IMG/VR virus record: IMGVR_UViG_3300025723_000097
Span: 1-37,014 of that record
Strand: one strand, 5' to 3'
Source of the DNA: a virus
Lineage: Duplodnaviria > Caudoviricetes
DNA length: 37,014 nucleotides
Part shown: one piece after another, positions 27,239 through 35,965 of the stretch
Numbering within the stretch: the stretch's first letter is position 1
How the letters are laid out: every line of letters begins with the position of its first letter
Position numbers and translations under genes: made by a program
The notes under the pieces: generated by a model
Database searches by the model: none
Told to the model about the DNA's origin: nothing
The model's input: the letters and a program-made list of their open reading frames with translations, nothing else

Positions 27239-27629
27239 AAATTTGGAAGAAGAAATTTGGCGTGATGACGAAATCTTAAACAAGATACGTACTCGCGATG
27301 ACTATGCTCAGAATGTATATGCGGCATTTTGTAATATGCGTTGGTGCCCTAGAGAACTAGTACCAGCATTACGACAAGATGACAAAAAAGACTTGTGGCA
27401 TTGTAGTTGGCGAAGTGCTGGCGGCTTAGTTGCTGATTGGCAAGGTAAGGGCGGAGACTACATGGACTGGTACTGTTCCGGTATTAGAGGCGGTTTGAGT
27501 ATTGACGGCAAAGAAGATGCCGAGTATTTTGAACGTACTAAGTATGTGTCCGAAGGTGTTATCACTGAAGAAGTTGAAAAGGACTTTAACCGCTTGGGCT
27601 GGTTTCCTGTTCCTTGGGAAGATGATTAA
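27231..27629 (+). CDS. Phage hypothetical protein
   Basis: YAQNVYAAFCN, CSWRSAGG, YMDWYCSG; start moved to ATG 27231. Confidence 0.75.
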   Translation: MTRNLEEEIWRDDEILNKIRTRDDYAQNVYAAFCNMRWCPRELVPALRQDDKKDLWHCSWRSAGGLVADWQGKGGDYMDWYCSGIRGGLSIDGKEDAEYFERTKYVSEGVITEEVEKDFNRLGWFPVPWEDD

Positions 27630-27649
27630 TTAAAGGTGTAAATACTAGC

Positions 27650-27820
27650 ATGACACATTGGACAGTAACAGTTGAAGAAGCGGATGACGGCAGTGGAGAT
27701 GTAGTACTGCCACTTCCGCAAGAATTACTAGACCTACAGGGTTGGAAAGAAGGAGATACACTTGAGTGGACAGATAATGGAGATGGCTCTTGGAGCATAA
27801 CAAAAGTAAGCAATGGCTAA
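27650..27820 (+). CDS. AbrB/MazE/SpoVT-like small DNA-binding protein (56 aa, not in track)
   Basis: Hand translation ...GDVVLPLPQELLDLQGWKEGDTLEW...; TAAATA at 27639-27644. Confidence 0.7.
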   Translation: MTHWTVTVEEADDGSGDVVLPLPQELLDLQGWKEGDTLEWTDNGDGSWSITKVSNG

Positions 27821-28031
27821 AGACGATATTATAGAATTAACAGGCACAGTTGAAGAAGTACTACCAGGTAACATGTTCAGGGTAAAGGTAGAAAATATGC
27901 CAAACCCACTATTATGTTACATGGGTGGCAAATTAAAACAAAACAAGATTCGCATTATCCTAGGCGATAATGTAAGGCTAGAAGTCAGTCCATATGACCT
28001 CAGCAAGGGTAGAGTAACTTATAGGTTATAA
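27813..28031 (+). CDS. infA: Translation initiation factor IF-1
   Basis: MAKDDIIE..G.V.E.LP...FRV...GK....IRI..GD.V..E.SPYDLSKGRVTYR, 72 aa. Confidence 0.95.
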   Translation: MAKDDIIELTGTVEEVLPGNMFRVKVENMPNPLLCYMGGKLKQNKIRIILGDNVRLEVSPYDLSKGRVTYRL

Positions 28032-28033
28032 AG

Positions 28034-28696
28034 ATGAACATCATTCTCGACCGCGTTAACGAAGTTTGTAAAAGTGTTCGAGAATCAAGTCCTGAACTAA
28101 CCACATTCAAAAAGTTAATTACCTTAACTAGGAAAACATTCAAGCGTTATGAATTTGACCTAGACATCAGAACCCGAAAAGAAAAAGATTGGGATCCAGA
28201 TAAATTTTATGTTGTAGCATATTACGACAGCGAAAACGATAGCCAGGGTGAAACTCCTATTGAAGTTATCGTACATCATAATTTAACTGGTACTGAAGAA
28301 TTCGGGCAACACCAAATAACCAGTTTCCTTGTAGAAATTTACGATGCTGTAGTACATGAGTACAGACATCAATATCAGGGTATGCGTAGAAATTTCAGAG
28401 ACTACGAATGTAAACCCACTAGCCCTTATAATGAATACTTGGCAGACAACGATGAAATAGATGCGTATAGTGTAAGTATAGCAATTGAGCTACTACGTAC
28501 TATGGACGCAGATAGAGCCAAACGCAGATTGTCAAAGATTAGTGTTTTGAGTAAAATGCGTACAGGCTTACAATTATCCAGCCCAATGCTCAGAGCGTAC
28601 ATAAGTCATTTTGGACTAAATGAAGTCACTAGAAGAATAGCCAAAAAAGTATATAGACATTTAGATTTGATTGACAAGCGTTATATTTTCATGTAA
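28034..28696 (+). CDS. Hypothetical protein with HEXXH...E motif
   Basis: VVHEYRHQYQ...YLADNDEIDAY; related to 35966..36691. Confidence 0.65.
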   Translation: MNIILDRVNEVCKSVRESSPELTTFKKLITLTRKTFKRYEFDLDIRTRKEKDWDPDKFYVVAYYDSENDSQGETPIEVIVHHNLTGTEEFGQHQITSFLVEIYDAVVHEYRHQYQGMRRNFRDYECKPTSPYNEYLADNDEIDAYSVSIAIELLRTMDADRAKRRLSKISVLSKMRTGLQLSSPMLRAYISHFGLNEVTRRIAKKVYRHLDLIDKRYIFM

Positions 28697-28699
28697 AAT
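28671..28699 (+). promoter_or_regulatory. Sigma70-type promoter
   Basis: TTGACA-17 nt-TAAAAT overlapping the 3' end of the upstream gene. Confidence 0.75.
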
Positions 28700-28720
28700 A
28701 CTTGTATATTAATTAATTCG

Positions 28721-29404
28721 GTGAGCGACATGAAAGAGTTCCCTACACAGCAAGTATTAGAATTGGCCTGTGCGGCACAACGAATCAACGGTGCGTACCT
28801 TAAAGATCCAGAATCAGTATATGCTGATGACGGTGTTCTGATGTACACTAAACAACCAAATAAATTTCTAATGCTTTATACGTTAGATGACAAGATGATT
28901 GTCCCTGATACTAAAGCACTTAAAATCGAGCCCGAAGATGTTGCTCGTGCTGAAGAAATTCGAAAGTATTATAAACGACTGCTGTTCGCGGCTATCGACG
29001 GCGAAAATGAATTCCTCACTAAAGTAAATTCATTGCTAGGTAGTGAAGTAGTTAAGGAAAACGAGTTTGGTTGGATGGCGTGTTTGCCTAGCGTACAGGC
29101 TAGAGATGCTGTACACAATGAAGTTAAAAAAGCCGCCAGAGCAGTCGACGAAGGTTTCCTGGGCAAGCCCGGTGATCGACTAGCAGATTTGGATTGTGAA
29201 ATTCTTGAAGTAATTAAGTCAAAAAACTTTGAAGGGTGGAACATCTGTGCTATAATAAACAATAAGATGGCATCTTGGATGAGCCAAATTGAACTTAAAA
29301 GAGGACCTTGTGTTGTAGTAAAGGCCAGGGTAAAAGATAACAGCAAACACTGGAAACATCAAAATGATGAAACCAGATTAAATTATGTTAAGGCGGCGCA
29401 ATGA
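28721..29404 (+). CDS. Phage hypothetical protein, possible C-terminal OB-like domain
   Basis: Long ORF after a promoter; C-terminal KARVK...ETRLNYVK; start may be ATG 28730. Confidence 0.65.
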   Translation: MSDMKEFPTQQVLELACAAQRINGAYLKDPESVYADDGVLMYTKQPNKFLMLYTLDDKMIVPDTKALKIEPEDVARAEEIRKYYKRLLFAAIDGENEFLTKVNSLLGSEVVKENEFGWMACLPSVQARDAVHNEVKKAARAVDEGFLGKPGDRLADLDCEILEVIKSKNFEGWNICAIINNKMASWMSQIELKRGPCVVVKARVKDNSKHWKHQNDETRLNYVKAAQ

Positions 29405-29991
29405 AAAGAGAACTAGACGAATACCTATGTAAGGTATATCCAAAGATGATGGTGAACCGTGATAAGCCTATGACCGAGACAGCAATGTGTTGGGGGTTTG
29501 ATTGCGGTGATGGTTGGTTTCAAATTTTAAATCAACTTATGGGTAATATTCAAAGTCACATTGATTGGAAGGAACGTCAGCGAGAAGTATCTATCAAATT
29601 TAACCGGATAGCCGAACAGCTTAAGGATGGTGACTCTACATTGTTTGATAAAGAGTACAAGGATATGATTAATCAAGAGTACAAAGAAAAGCGTAGACAA
29701 CAACTTATTGATCAGTACCCTATAACTATTCCCGAACCTATTCCGCAAGTAACATTGGATCAGGTTAAGGAAAAGTTTGGAACACTACGTTTTTATTACT
29801 CAGGTGGAGATGATTACATTCGAGGACTAGTAAGTATGGCAGAATCAATGTCAGGTGTTACTTGCGAAACTTGTGGCAAGCCAGGTACAAGTACCGGTGG
29901 TGGACGGATTAAAACAGCGTGTAAAGAACACGGCGGTCAAGACTATGACACGCCAGAAGAGGAATTAGATGAGAATCAAACTAGTCAGTGA
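29401..29991 (+). CDS. Phage hypothetical protein with C-terminal Zn-ribbon-like motif
   Basis: CGDGW, QVKEKFGTLRFY, CETCG...C..H. Confidence 0.75.
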   Translation: MKRELDEYLCKVYPKMMVNRDKPMTETAMCWGFDCGDGWFQILNQLMGNIQSHIDWKERQREVSIKFNRIAEQLKDGDSTLFDKEYKDMINQEYKEKRRQQLIDQYPITIPEPIPQVTLDQVKEKFGTLRFYYSGGDDYIRGLVSMAESMSGVTCETCGKPGTSTGGGRIKTACKEHGGQDYDTPEEELDENQTSQ

Positions 29992-30829
29992 CCTCCATTT
30001 GGAGTTTAGCGACATCAACATTCAGAACGACAACAACTATGATGTGTTGATCTTAGGCGGCGATATTATGATCGCACAGGATCTCCACGACCATCCAGAG
30101 TTGAGCAATACAAGTGATCAACGGGCTATTGCTAATGGTACTGGTTTGGGTCGTAGGCAAGAACGTGCTCAACGGTTCCGTGACTTTTTGAAGCGTTGTA
30201 GTTTTCAGTTTCCACATGTTATCTATATCATGGGTAATCACGAATTTTACAATGGCAAGTTCTATGCTGGCATCGACTATATGCGTGAGGAATGTTCTAA
30301 GTATCCTAACATCTATATGTTGGAACAGGACACTAAAGTCATCGATGACGTAGTATTTGTTGGTGGAACACTTTGGACTAACATGAACAAGCGTGACCCG
30401 CTGACCATGCATGCCATCGAAGGTATGATGAATGACTTCCGTATCATCCGTAACGATTATAGAAGCTATGCTCCTATGAGTGCGTTGGACGTTGCTCACA
30501 GGCATGATAAGACACTACAATACTTTCGCCATGTACTCAGCGAGAACAAGGACAAGAAGTGTGTTGTAGTTGGACATCACAGTCCTAGCTTTCAAAGTTG
30601 CCATCCAATGTATGGTGATGATCAGCTGATGAACGGTGGATATCACAGTGACTTGAGTGAGTTCATTTTGGATCACCCACAGGTTGTGCTATGGACACAT
30701 GGACATACTCACCATCCATTTGATTATAAGATTGGTGAGACCAGGATTGTATGTAACCCACGTGGTTATGAAAACGATGGTTATAACGAAGACACGGGTT
30801 GGAACCCTAACATTTTATTGGAGATTTAA
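29969..30829 (+). CDS. Calcineurin-like metallophosphoesterase
   Basis: SDLHLE, GGD, GNHE, HHSP, HGHTH, NPRGY. Confidence 0.9.
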   Translation: MRIKLVSDLHLEFSDINIQNDNNYDVLILGGDIMIAQDLHDHPELSNTSDQRAIANGTGLGRRQERAQRFRDFLKRCSFQFPHVIYIMGNHEFYNGKFYAGIDYMREECSKYPNIYMLEQDTKVIDDVVFVGGTLWTNMNKRDPLTMHAIEGMMNDFRIIRNDYRSYAPMSALDVAHRHDKTLQYFRHVLSENKDKKCVVVGHHSPSFQSCHPMYGDDQLMNGGYHSDLSEFILDHPQVVLWTHGHTHHPFDYKIGETRIVCNPRGYENDGYNEDTGWNPNILLEI

Positions 30830-31003
30830 ATGACTGAAGAAGCAACACCAAAACCTAGCGATATGCTAAGACTAACTGCTGGAAATATTGGCGCACTATT
30901 TGAACAAATAGCCAGTCATATTGACACACTAGAAGCAGAAGTAGTAAAACTACAGGCTCGAGTAACAGAACTAGAACTTCAACAGGATCTTGATGTATCA
31001 TGA
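30830..31003 (+). CDS. Small coiled-coil protein (57 aa, not in track)
   Basis: GGAG RBS; MTEEATPK...IDTLEAEVVKLQARVTELE; ATGA overlap with the next gene. Confidence 0.65.
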   Translation: MTEEATPKPSDMLRLTAGNIGALFEQIASHIDTLEAEVVKLQARVTELELQQDLDVS

Positions 31004-31425
31004 AAATCGGACTTAGTTATAGCCGTTGCGTAAGAGACATCGTCGATGGTGTAGTAGACATCGACGATGTACTAGTAGTAATCACTCGTACAGATTTCGA
31101 TCCGCACGATGACGAACAATGGTCTAGCATTTGGCAAGGATATGGTGGTGGCCGTAGTGCGGGCAGTATTTGGAGTGCTCCAGAATGGGCTGGATACCAT
31201 GACGAGGACTTGTTCCGTAGTGTCAGTATTGAACTTTGGGAATCTGGTAAGCTACACCAGCCTCGTAAGTTTGGCGCACACCCAACACGCCGTCCAGAAA
31301 TTTGGTTAGAAGCAGTACTGCCAAATAGCGAATTGGAAAAGAATCCGGCCGCTAAAAAGGCTTTTGAAAAGTTCCAAACTATTGCTGGACTTTCGAGCGT
31401 CGAACTGGATGACAAGTACCGCTAA
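31000..31425 (+). CDS. Phage hypothetical protein
   Basis: Coupled ORF MKIGLSYSRCVRDI...GKLHQPR. Confidence 0.75.
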   Translation: MKIGLSYSRCVRDIVDGVVDIDDVLVVITRTDFDPHDDEQWSSIWQGYGGGRSAGSIWSAPEWAGYHDEDLFRSVSIELWESGKLHQPRKFGAHPTRRPEIWLEAVLPNSELEKNPAAKKAFEKFQTIAGLSSVELDDKYR

Positions 31426-31437
31426 AGATCGTATAAT
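31409..31437 (+). promoter_or_regulatory. Sigma70-type promoter
   Basis: ATGACA-17 nt-TATAAT. Confidence 0.65.
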
Positions 31438-31468
31438 ACTTATATCGTAACAAGATAGAAAGTATAAC

Positions 31469-31765
31469 ATGATACGGACTATTATTGCTGTATTCATAGC
31501 GTTTTGGTTAATTTCAAATTTCTCCGGAAATAGTAAAGCCACGGCCTATGATTATAGCTACTATAAAGAACTGTCGTACCAAGAGCTGTATGATTTTCCA
31601 AATGATTGTAATCAAGCAGACAATCAATTATCAATCCTAAAACGGCTACAAGAAGCTAAACATTTCAATTCAGACCCAGATACGCTGTCACCGGCTGATA
31701 GAGATTATAATGGACGTTTGAAAGCCACAATTTGGTGGTATGCTTATAGGTGCGACAAATCATGA
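31469..31765 (+). CDS. Hypothetical secreted or membrane-anchored protein
   Basis: Hydrophobic N-terminus; Cys pair. Confidence 0.65.
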   Translation: MIRTIIAVFIAFWLISNFSGNSKATAYDYSYYKELSYQELYDFPNDCNQADNQLSILKRLQEAKHFNSDPDTLSPADRDYNGRLKATIWWYAYRCDKS

Positions 31766-32109
31766 AAAAACTCTTAGTACTATTATTGCTGGTATCGGCA
31801 AATGCCTATGCAAGTAACTGTAAGGTCACTACTGTTGTTGTCGAAAACGATGGCAAAGTGGATAGCCAAACTGCTACAATTTGTAAAGAAGGCAATCAAG
31901 TACAACCAAAAACTCAAATTGGTGACATTGTACTCGAAAATGAACTTGCCCAAAATCCAAAAATCAATATGTATTTCAAATACAAGAACAGCCGCTGTCG
32001 AATGTTTATTGAGCATGGCATCCGAAACAAAGAACCTGAAGTGTATCACGGAGTCATGTGCCAGGCAGATGACAGTGAAACGAACTGGGTAGTGGTTGAC
32101 AAGTGGTAA
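31762..32109 (+). CDS. Hypothetical secreted protein
   Basis: Signal peptide MKKLLVLLLLVSANAYA; 4 Cys; ATGA-coupled start. Confidence 0.7.
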   Translation: MKKLLVLLLLVSANAYASNCKVTTVVVENDGKVDSQTATICKEGNQVQPKTQIGDIVLENELAQNPKINMYFKYKNSRCRMFIEHGIRNKEPEVYHGVMCQADDSETNWVVVDKW

Positions 32110-32124
32110 GTTAGGCAGTATAAT
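32096..32124 (+). promoter_or_regulatory. Consensus sigma70 promoter
   Basis: TTGACA-17 nt-TATAAT. Confidence 0.85.
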
Positions 32125-32152
32125 TAAATTTTAACACACAGAGAGGCACACA

Positions 32153-32281
32153 ATGAAGGCATTTATAGCAGGCACAGTTTTTGGACTGGTACTAGCCACT
32201 GTTGGATTTTCCGGCATTGCTCGTATTATGGACAAAGGCGTAGACACAGTTAAAACACAGAGTCAGGAGTTGGCAAAATGA
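32153..32281 (+). CDS. Small membrane protein (42 aa, not in track)
   Basis: GAGG RBS; MKAFIAGTVFGLVLATVGFSGIAR... Confidence 0.65.
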   Translation: MKAFIAGTVFGLVLATVGFSGIARIMDKGVDTVKTQSQELAK

Positions 32282-32403
32282 AAACGGTAGTAGCATTAAT
32301 TTTAGTAACAGCCCTTACCGCTTGCTCAACAGTAGCAGGTGTAGGTAAGGATATCCAATCGTCCGCAGAATGGACAAAAGAAAAGATGGGTGGTTCAAAA
32401 TGA
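32278..32403 (+). CDS. Entericidin EcnA/B-family lipoprotein (41 aa, not in track)
   Basis: MKTVVALILVTALTAC-STVAGVGKDIQ: lipobox plus T..G.GKDI signature; AGGAG RBS. Confidence 0.75.
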   Translation: MKTVVALILVTALTACSTVAGVGKDIQSSAEWTKEKMGGSK

Positions 32404-32954
32404 AAAAGTTTTTATTGCTAGTTCCTGTAGTTGCTATCCTAGCGGCTTGTGGTACAACTGATCCGTATCAAAAACGTGCGGACAATGAACGTCAACGTCA
32501 AGAACGTTATGTTGAGCGCAGTATTGATCAAGCACCTAAATGGATGTTCGAACCTCCATTGAGCAATAGTGCTGTCTACGAAGCCGGTACTGCTGTTAGC
32601 GCAGACTTCAGCATGGCTGATATCAAAGCCAAAGCTGATGCGTATGGTAAGATTTGTATGGCGGCTGGCGGTACAGCAAGTCAACGTACAAAGATTTACA
32701 AAACAGACAGTGACAAAGCCAGTACTGAATTTACAGAAATGGCTATGCGTACTAGCTGTAAAGAAGTTGACCTTACAGGCGTAGAGGTCAAAGAGGTCAA
32801 ACGTGTATCCGAAGGCACTCGCTATCGTGTATACGTCTTGGTAGCATTGCCTACAGGTGATGCCAACATTTTGCGTAAGGCAAAAGAAGAAGCAAAACAA
32901 CGTCAGTTCGCGGCTGGTCGCCAAGAACAGGCATTTAAGGAATTGGACAATTAA
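32400..32954 (+). CDS. Lipoprotein (LPP20-like)
   Basis: Lipobox ILAAC; APKW, G...SAD..MA..KA...A, YRVYVLV; ATGA-coupled start. Confidence 0.7.
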   Translation: MKKFLLLVPVVAILAACGTTDPYQKRADNERQRQERYVERSIDQAPKWMFEPPLSNSAVYEAGTAVSADFSMADIKAKADAYGKICMAAGGTASQRTKIYKTDSDKASTEFTEMAMRTSCKEVDLTGVEVKEVKRVSEGTRYRVYVLVALPTGDANILRKAKEEAKQRQFAAGRQEQAFKELDN

Positions 32955-32955
32955 T

Positions 32956-33273
32956 ATGTTTAAAGAAATCTCAGCAATCGTAGTAGGTTGGATCGCCTTT
33001 GTTGTAGTATGTATGTTTGGTAGCTTTTTTGCTTATCAATACTTTGCTCCCAAGTATCGTGCTGTAGACAATGAAGTGTTCAAACAAAGCGAGCAGTACA
33101 ATGACGGCATGATCCGTGATTTGGAAAATCTCCAAATGGATTATATCAATGCGGACAAGGATCATAAAGATGCTCTCCGTGCTATAGTGTTACACCGTTT
33201 TAGTGTATACCCTGAGGATAAAATGCCTCCCAACCTTCGCAATTTTTATAACGATTTGAAAGCAGGAAAATAA
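32956..33273 (+). CDS. Membrane-anchored hypothetical protein
   Basis: N-terminal TM helix; start moved to ATG 32956. Confidence 0.7.
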   Translation: MFKEISAIVVGWIAFVVVCMFGSFFAYQYFAPKYRAVDNEVFKQSEQYNDGMIRDLENLQMDYINADKDHKDALRAIVLHRFSVYPEDKMPPNLRNFYNDLKAGK

Positions 33274-33274
33274 A

Positions 33275-33760
33275 ATGAACAAGTTTCTTTTGGTATTGCC
33301 CTTTGTGGCCGCTCTTACAGCATGTGGCCCACAAACAGAAAGCTCAACTCAGATCGAGCGCCGTAAGCAGGAAGAACTGAGCCTACAGGCAGTACAGTCG
33401 GTCGGTATGCCAGCAATCACTAACTTTGCTGAAAAGCGTATGTTCAAAGATATTCTCGAATTGCGTGATCGTAGTGTACCTACTACAACCTATTTGGTTG
33501 GCATGAATAACCAATTGACCAAGTTGTGTGACTCAGTTGGCTACGGTTTGCCTTATGCTACACAGTATACCAACCCAATGCGAGTTGGTGGTGATGGTAC
33601 TCATGGTTATGTGACATTGCCGCAAGCTGATCCAAACGGATTGTATAGCCCGGCTTCAGCTGAAGGTACGTGGGTGTTGTGCGTAGATCACAAAGACAAC
33701 AAGCCAAAACCAATTTACGTTGAACCTCGTATTATTGTAAGCCCAATTGCTTTACAGTAA
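33275..33760 (+). CDS. Lipoprotein
   Basis: Lipobox ALTAC; GYGLPYATQYTNP, QADPNGLY. Confidence 0.75.
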   Translation: MNKFLLVLPFVAALTACGPQTESSTQIERRKQEELSLQAVQSVGMPAITNFAEKRMFKDILELRDRSVPTTTYLVGMNNQLTKLCDSVGYGLPYATQYTNPMRVGGDGTHGYVTLPQADPNGLYSPASAEGTWVLCVDHKDNKPKPIYVEPRIIVSPIALQ

Positions 33761-33761
33761 T

Positions 33762-34238
33762 ATGAAACTGTTTGCTCGCTCCGGAGGACACTGGCTCTTC
33801 TGGAGCGGTTTTATATACCTCAGCTTAACCGTACTGGTTGCTCTTAGTCCTTATAGAGACTATACTATGCTTGTAGAGTTGGTATGGCTTGTTATGGTAG
33901 CTTTACCATTAGTATGTAATCCGCTGGCTCGCTGGCTTAATATGAGAGAAACACACATGTTTGATATGTTTAAAAAGAAACCTAGTAACGTAGTACCGTT
34001 TCCTAAAGAGCCTGAACACGGCGGCGGAGACGGTGGTGGTTATATTCCCGAACCAAAGAAGCCTGCCGTGACTTATTACACACTAGGAATGACTAGCGAA
34101 AATCGGTTAGAGTTTAAAATGGGTTATAGTGCTATTACTATGAACCACGGCGGTATTACTAATTTGATTGAGCAGTTAAAGACTTTTCAAAAACAACTTG
34201 CCCAATATGAAGGTATAGAGGAAGAAGAAAATGCTTGA
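33762..34238 (+). CDS. Hypothetical protein with two N-terminal TM helices; possible internal start at MFDMFKKK
   Basis: Hydrophobic N-half, soluble C-half with a Gly linker. Confidence 0.6.
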   Translation: MKLFARSGGHWLFWSGFIYLSLTVLVALSPYRDYTMLVELVWLVMVALPLVCNPLARWLNMRETHMFDMFKKKPSNVVPFPKEPEHGGGDGGGYIPEPKKPAVTYYTLGMTSENRLEFKMGYSAITMNHGGITNLIEQLKTFQKQLAQYEGIEEEENA

Positions 34239-34386
34239 ATGGTATACCAGAAATCAGCAGAGTATTAGTATGTTTATTGCCGGGTGGTGTGCTCTGGCCA
34301 CAATTGATTGTTTTGTTCAGGGCGATTATGCCTTTACAGCAATCAACGCATTTTTAGTATGGCTTAATATAAGGTTGTCAAAATGA
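34231..34386 (+). CDS. Small membrane protein (51 aa, not in track)
   Basis: MLEWYTRNQQSISMFIAGW...AFLVWLNIRLSK; ATGA overlap with the next gene. Confidence 0.6.
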   Translation: MLEWYTRNQQSISMFIAGWCALATIDCFVQGDYAFTAINAFLVWLNIRLSK

Positions 34387-34748
34387 ATCCATTTAGAGAT
34401 CAAGAAAAATTTATGAAGGCTTGCGACCAACCAGTCGAAGGTTTTAATCAAGATCAATTTAAACTTTATGTTTCATTGATTGATGAAGAATTTAAAGAGC
34501 TTAATGTTGCTATCAATAATAGTGATCATGTGGAAACATTAGACGCTCTTATTGATATTTTAGTTGTTACTATTGGAGCGGTACATTCGTTAGGTGCCGA
34601 CGGTGAAGGAGCATGGCGAGAAGTTATGTCAACTAACTTTGCTAAGATTGATAAAGAAACTGGCAAGGTTCGTAAGCGTGAAGATGGTAAAGTATTAAAA
34701 CCAATTGGTTGGATTCCTCCTAACTTGGAACCATTTGTAAAAAGATGA
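34383..34748 (+). CDS. MazG-like / PRA-PH family NTP pyrophosphohydrolase
   Basis: LIDEEFKEL, ETLDALID, N.AK, REDGKVLKP. Confidence 0.85.
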   Translation: MNPFRDQEKFMKACDQPVEGFNQDQFKLYVSLIDEEFKELNVAINNSDHVETLDALIDILVVTIGAVHSLGADGEGAWREVMSTNFAKIDKETGKVRKREDGKVLKPIGWIPPNLEPFVKR

Positions 34749-35314
34749 TAGAGATTTATGACGATTTAGTTCCATTGGAAACACAAAGGTTAATTGAAAA
34801 AGAATTAACCGGCCCTTATTTTCCATGGTTTTTATCTTCAGGAACAAATCACGGAACTACTGATTATTCGGTGTTAGATCAAAATATTAAACCTGATAGT
34901 TTAACTAGAGAATACTTACAGTTCACACATACTTTGTTACATGAAGGAAACCCTACTTGGGAAATGTCCGAACTAATAATTAGTATGTTTGAAAGTTTTT
35001 GCGATAAAGCCGATATAAATTTTAAATCGTTATTTAGAGTTAAGGCAAATTTTCAAACACAATGTAACTTTTCCAAAGAAGAGTTTTACAATACACCGCA
35101 TAATGATGCCGTGGGAACACATAAGGTGGCAATATATTATGTAAACGACAGCGATGGAGATACAGTATTGTTTGACTTAGACGGAAATATTATAAAAACT
35201 GTAAATCCAAAAAAAGGAAGATTTTTAGTATTTGATGGTAATTATTATCATGCTGGTAGACATCCAATACTAGCAGATATGAGAATTGTAATTAACTTTA
35301 ATTTTAAGGAATAA
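34745..35314 (+). CDS. Fe(II)/2OG oxygenase-like protein
   Basis: [38 protein letters not shown]. Confidence 0.8.
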   Translation: MIEIYDDLVPLETQRLIEKELTGPYFPWFLSSGTNHGTTDYSVLDQNIKPDSLTREYLQFTHTLLHEGNPTWEMSELIISMFESFCDKADINFKSLFRVKANFQTQCNFSKEEFYNTPHNDAVGTHKVAIYYVNDSDGDTVLFDLDGNIIKTVNPKKGRFLVFDGNYYHAGRHPILADMRIVINFNFKE

Positions 35315-35315
35315 A

Positions 35316-35906
35316 ATGCCAAATTTAGTACCAATGGTGATTGAACAAGAAGCTCGCGGTGAACGTAGTTATGACATTTATAGTCGACTACTTAAAGATC
35401 GTATCGTTATGTTAGATACAGATGTAAATGAACATTCAGCAAGTTTAATCGTAGCACAGCTACTTTTCTTAGAAAGTCAAGGTAATGAGGATATTAGTTT
35501 TTTCATTAATAGCCCTGGCGGTGTTGTTACCGCTGGTATGGCAATTTACGATACCATGCAGTTCATCAAACCGGACGTACAAACCATCGTTATGGGACAG
35601 GCTTGCTCAATGGGTAGTTTACTCGCCACTGCTGGCGCTCCTGGCAAACGCAAGATTCTACCAAACGCTCGCCACATGATTCACCAGCCTAGTGGCGGTG
35701 CTGGCGGGCAAGCTACAGACATGGAAATCCAAGTAAAAGAAATCCTAAAAATGAAGCAGAGTTTGACACAGATTTATGTCAATCATAATTCAAAGGGCAA
35801 GACTTTTGAAGAGTTTTATAATGCTATGGAACGTGATAACTTTATGAGTGCCCAAGAAGCACTGGATTTTGGCTTGGTTGACGAAATTGTTACAAAACGC
35901 CCATAA
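35316..35906 (+). CDS. clpP: ATP-dependent Clp protease proteolytic subunit
   Basis: [40 protein letters not shown]. Confidence 0.95.
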   Translation: MPNLVPMVIEQEARGERSYDIYSRLLKDRIVMLDTDVNEHSASLIVAQLLFLESQGNEDISFFINSPGGVVTAGMAIYDTMQFIKPDVQTIVMGQACSMGSLLATAGAPGKRKILPNARHMIHQPSGGAGGQATDMEIQVKEILKMKQSLTQIYVNHNSKGKTFEEFYNAMERDNFMSAQEALDFGLVDEIVTKRP

Positions 35907-35937
35907 AGTGCGTATATAATGGTAAGCCGTAGTATAC

Positions 35938-35945
35938 TATAAATA
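35938..35945 (+). promoter_or_regulatory. T4-like late promoter box TATAAATA
   Basis: Exact T4 late consensus in the intergenic gap, before an AGGAG RBS. Confidence 0.6.
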
Positions 35946-35965
35946 GCTATGTCTAGGAGTGTACT

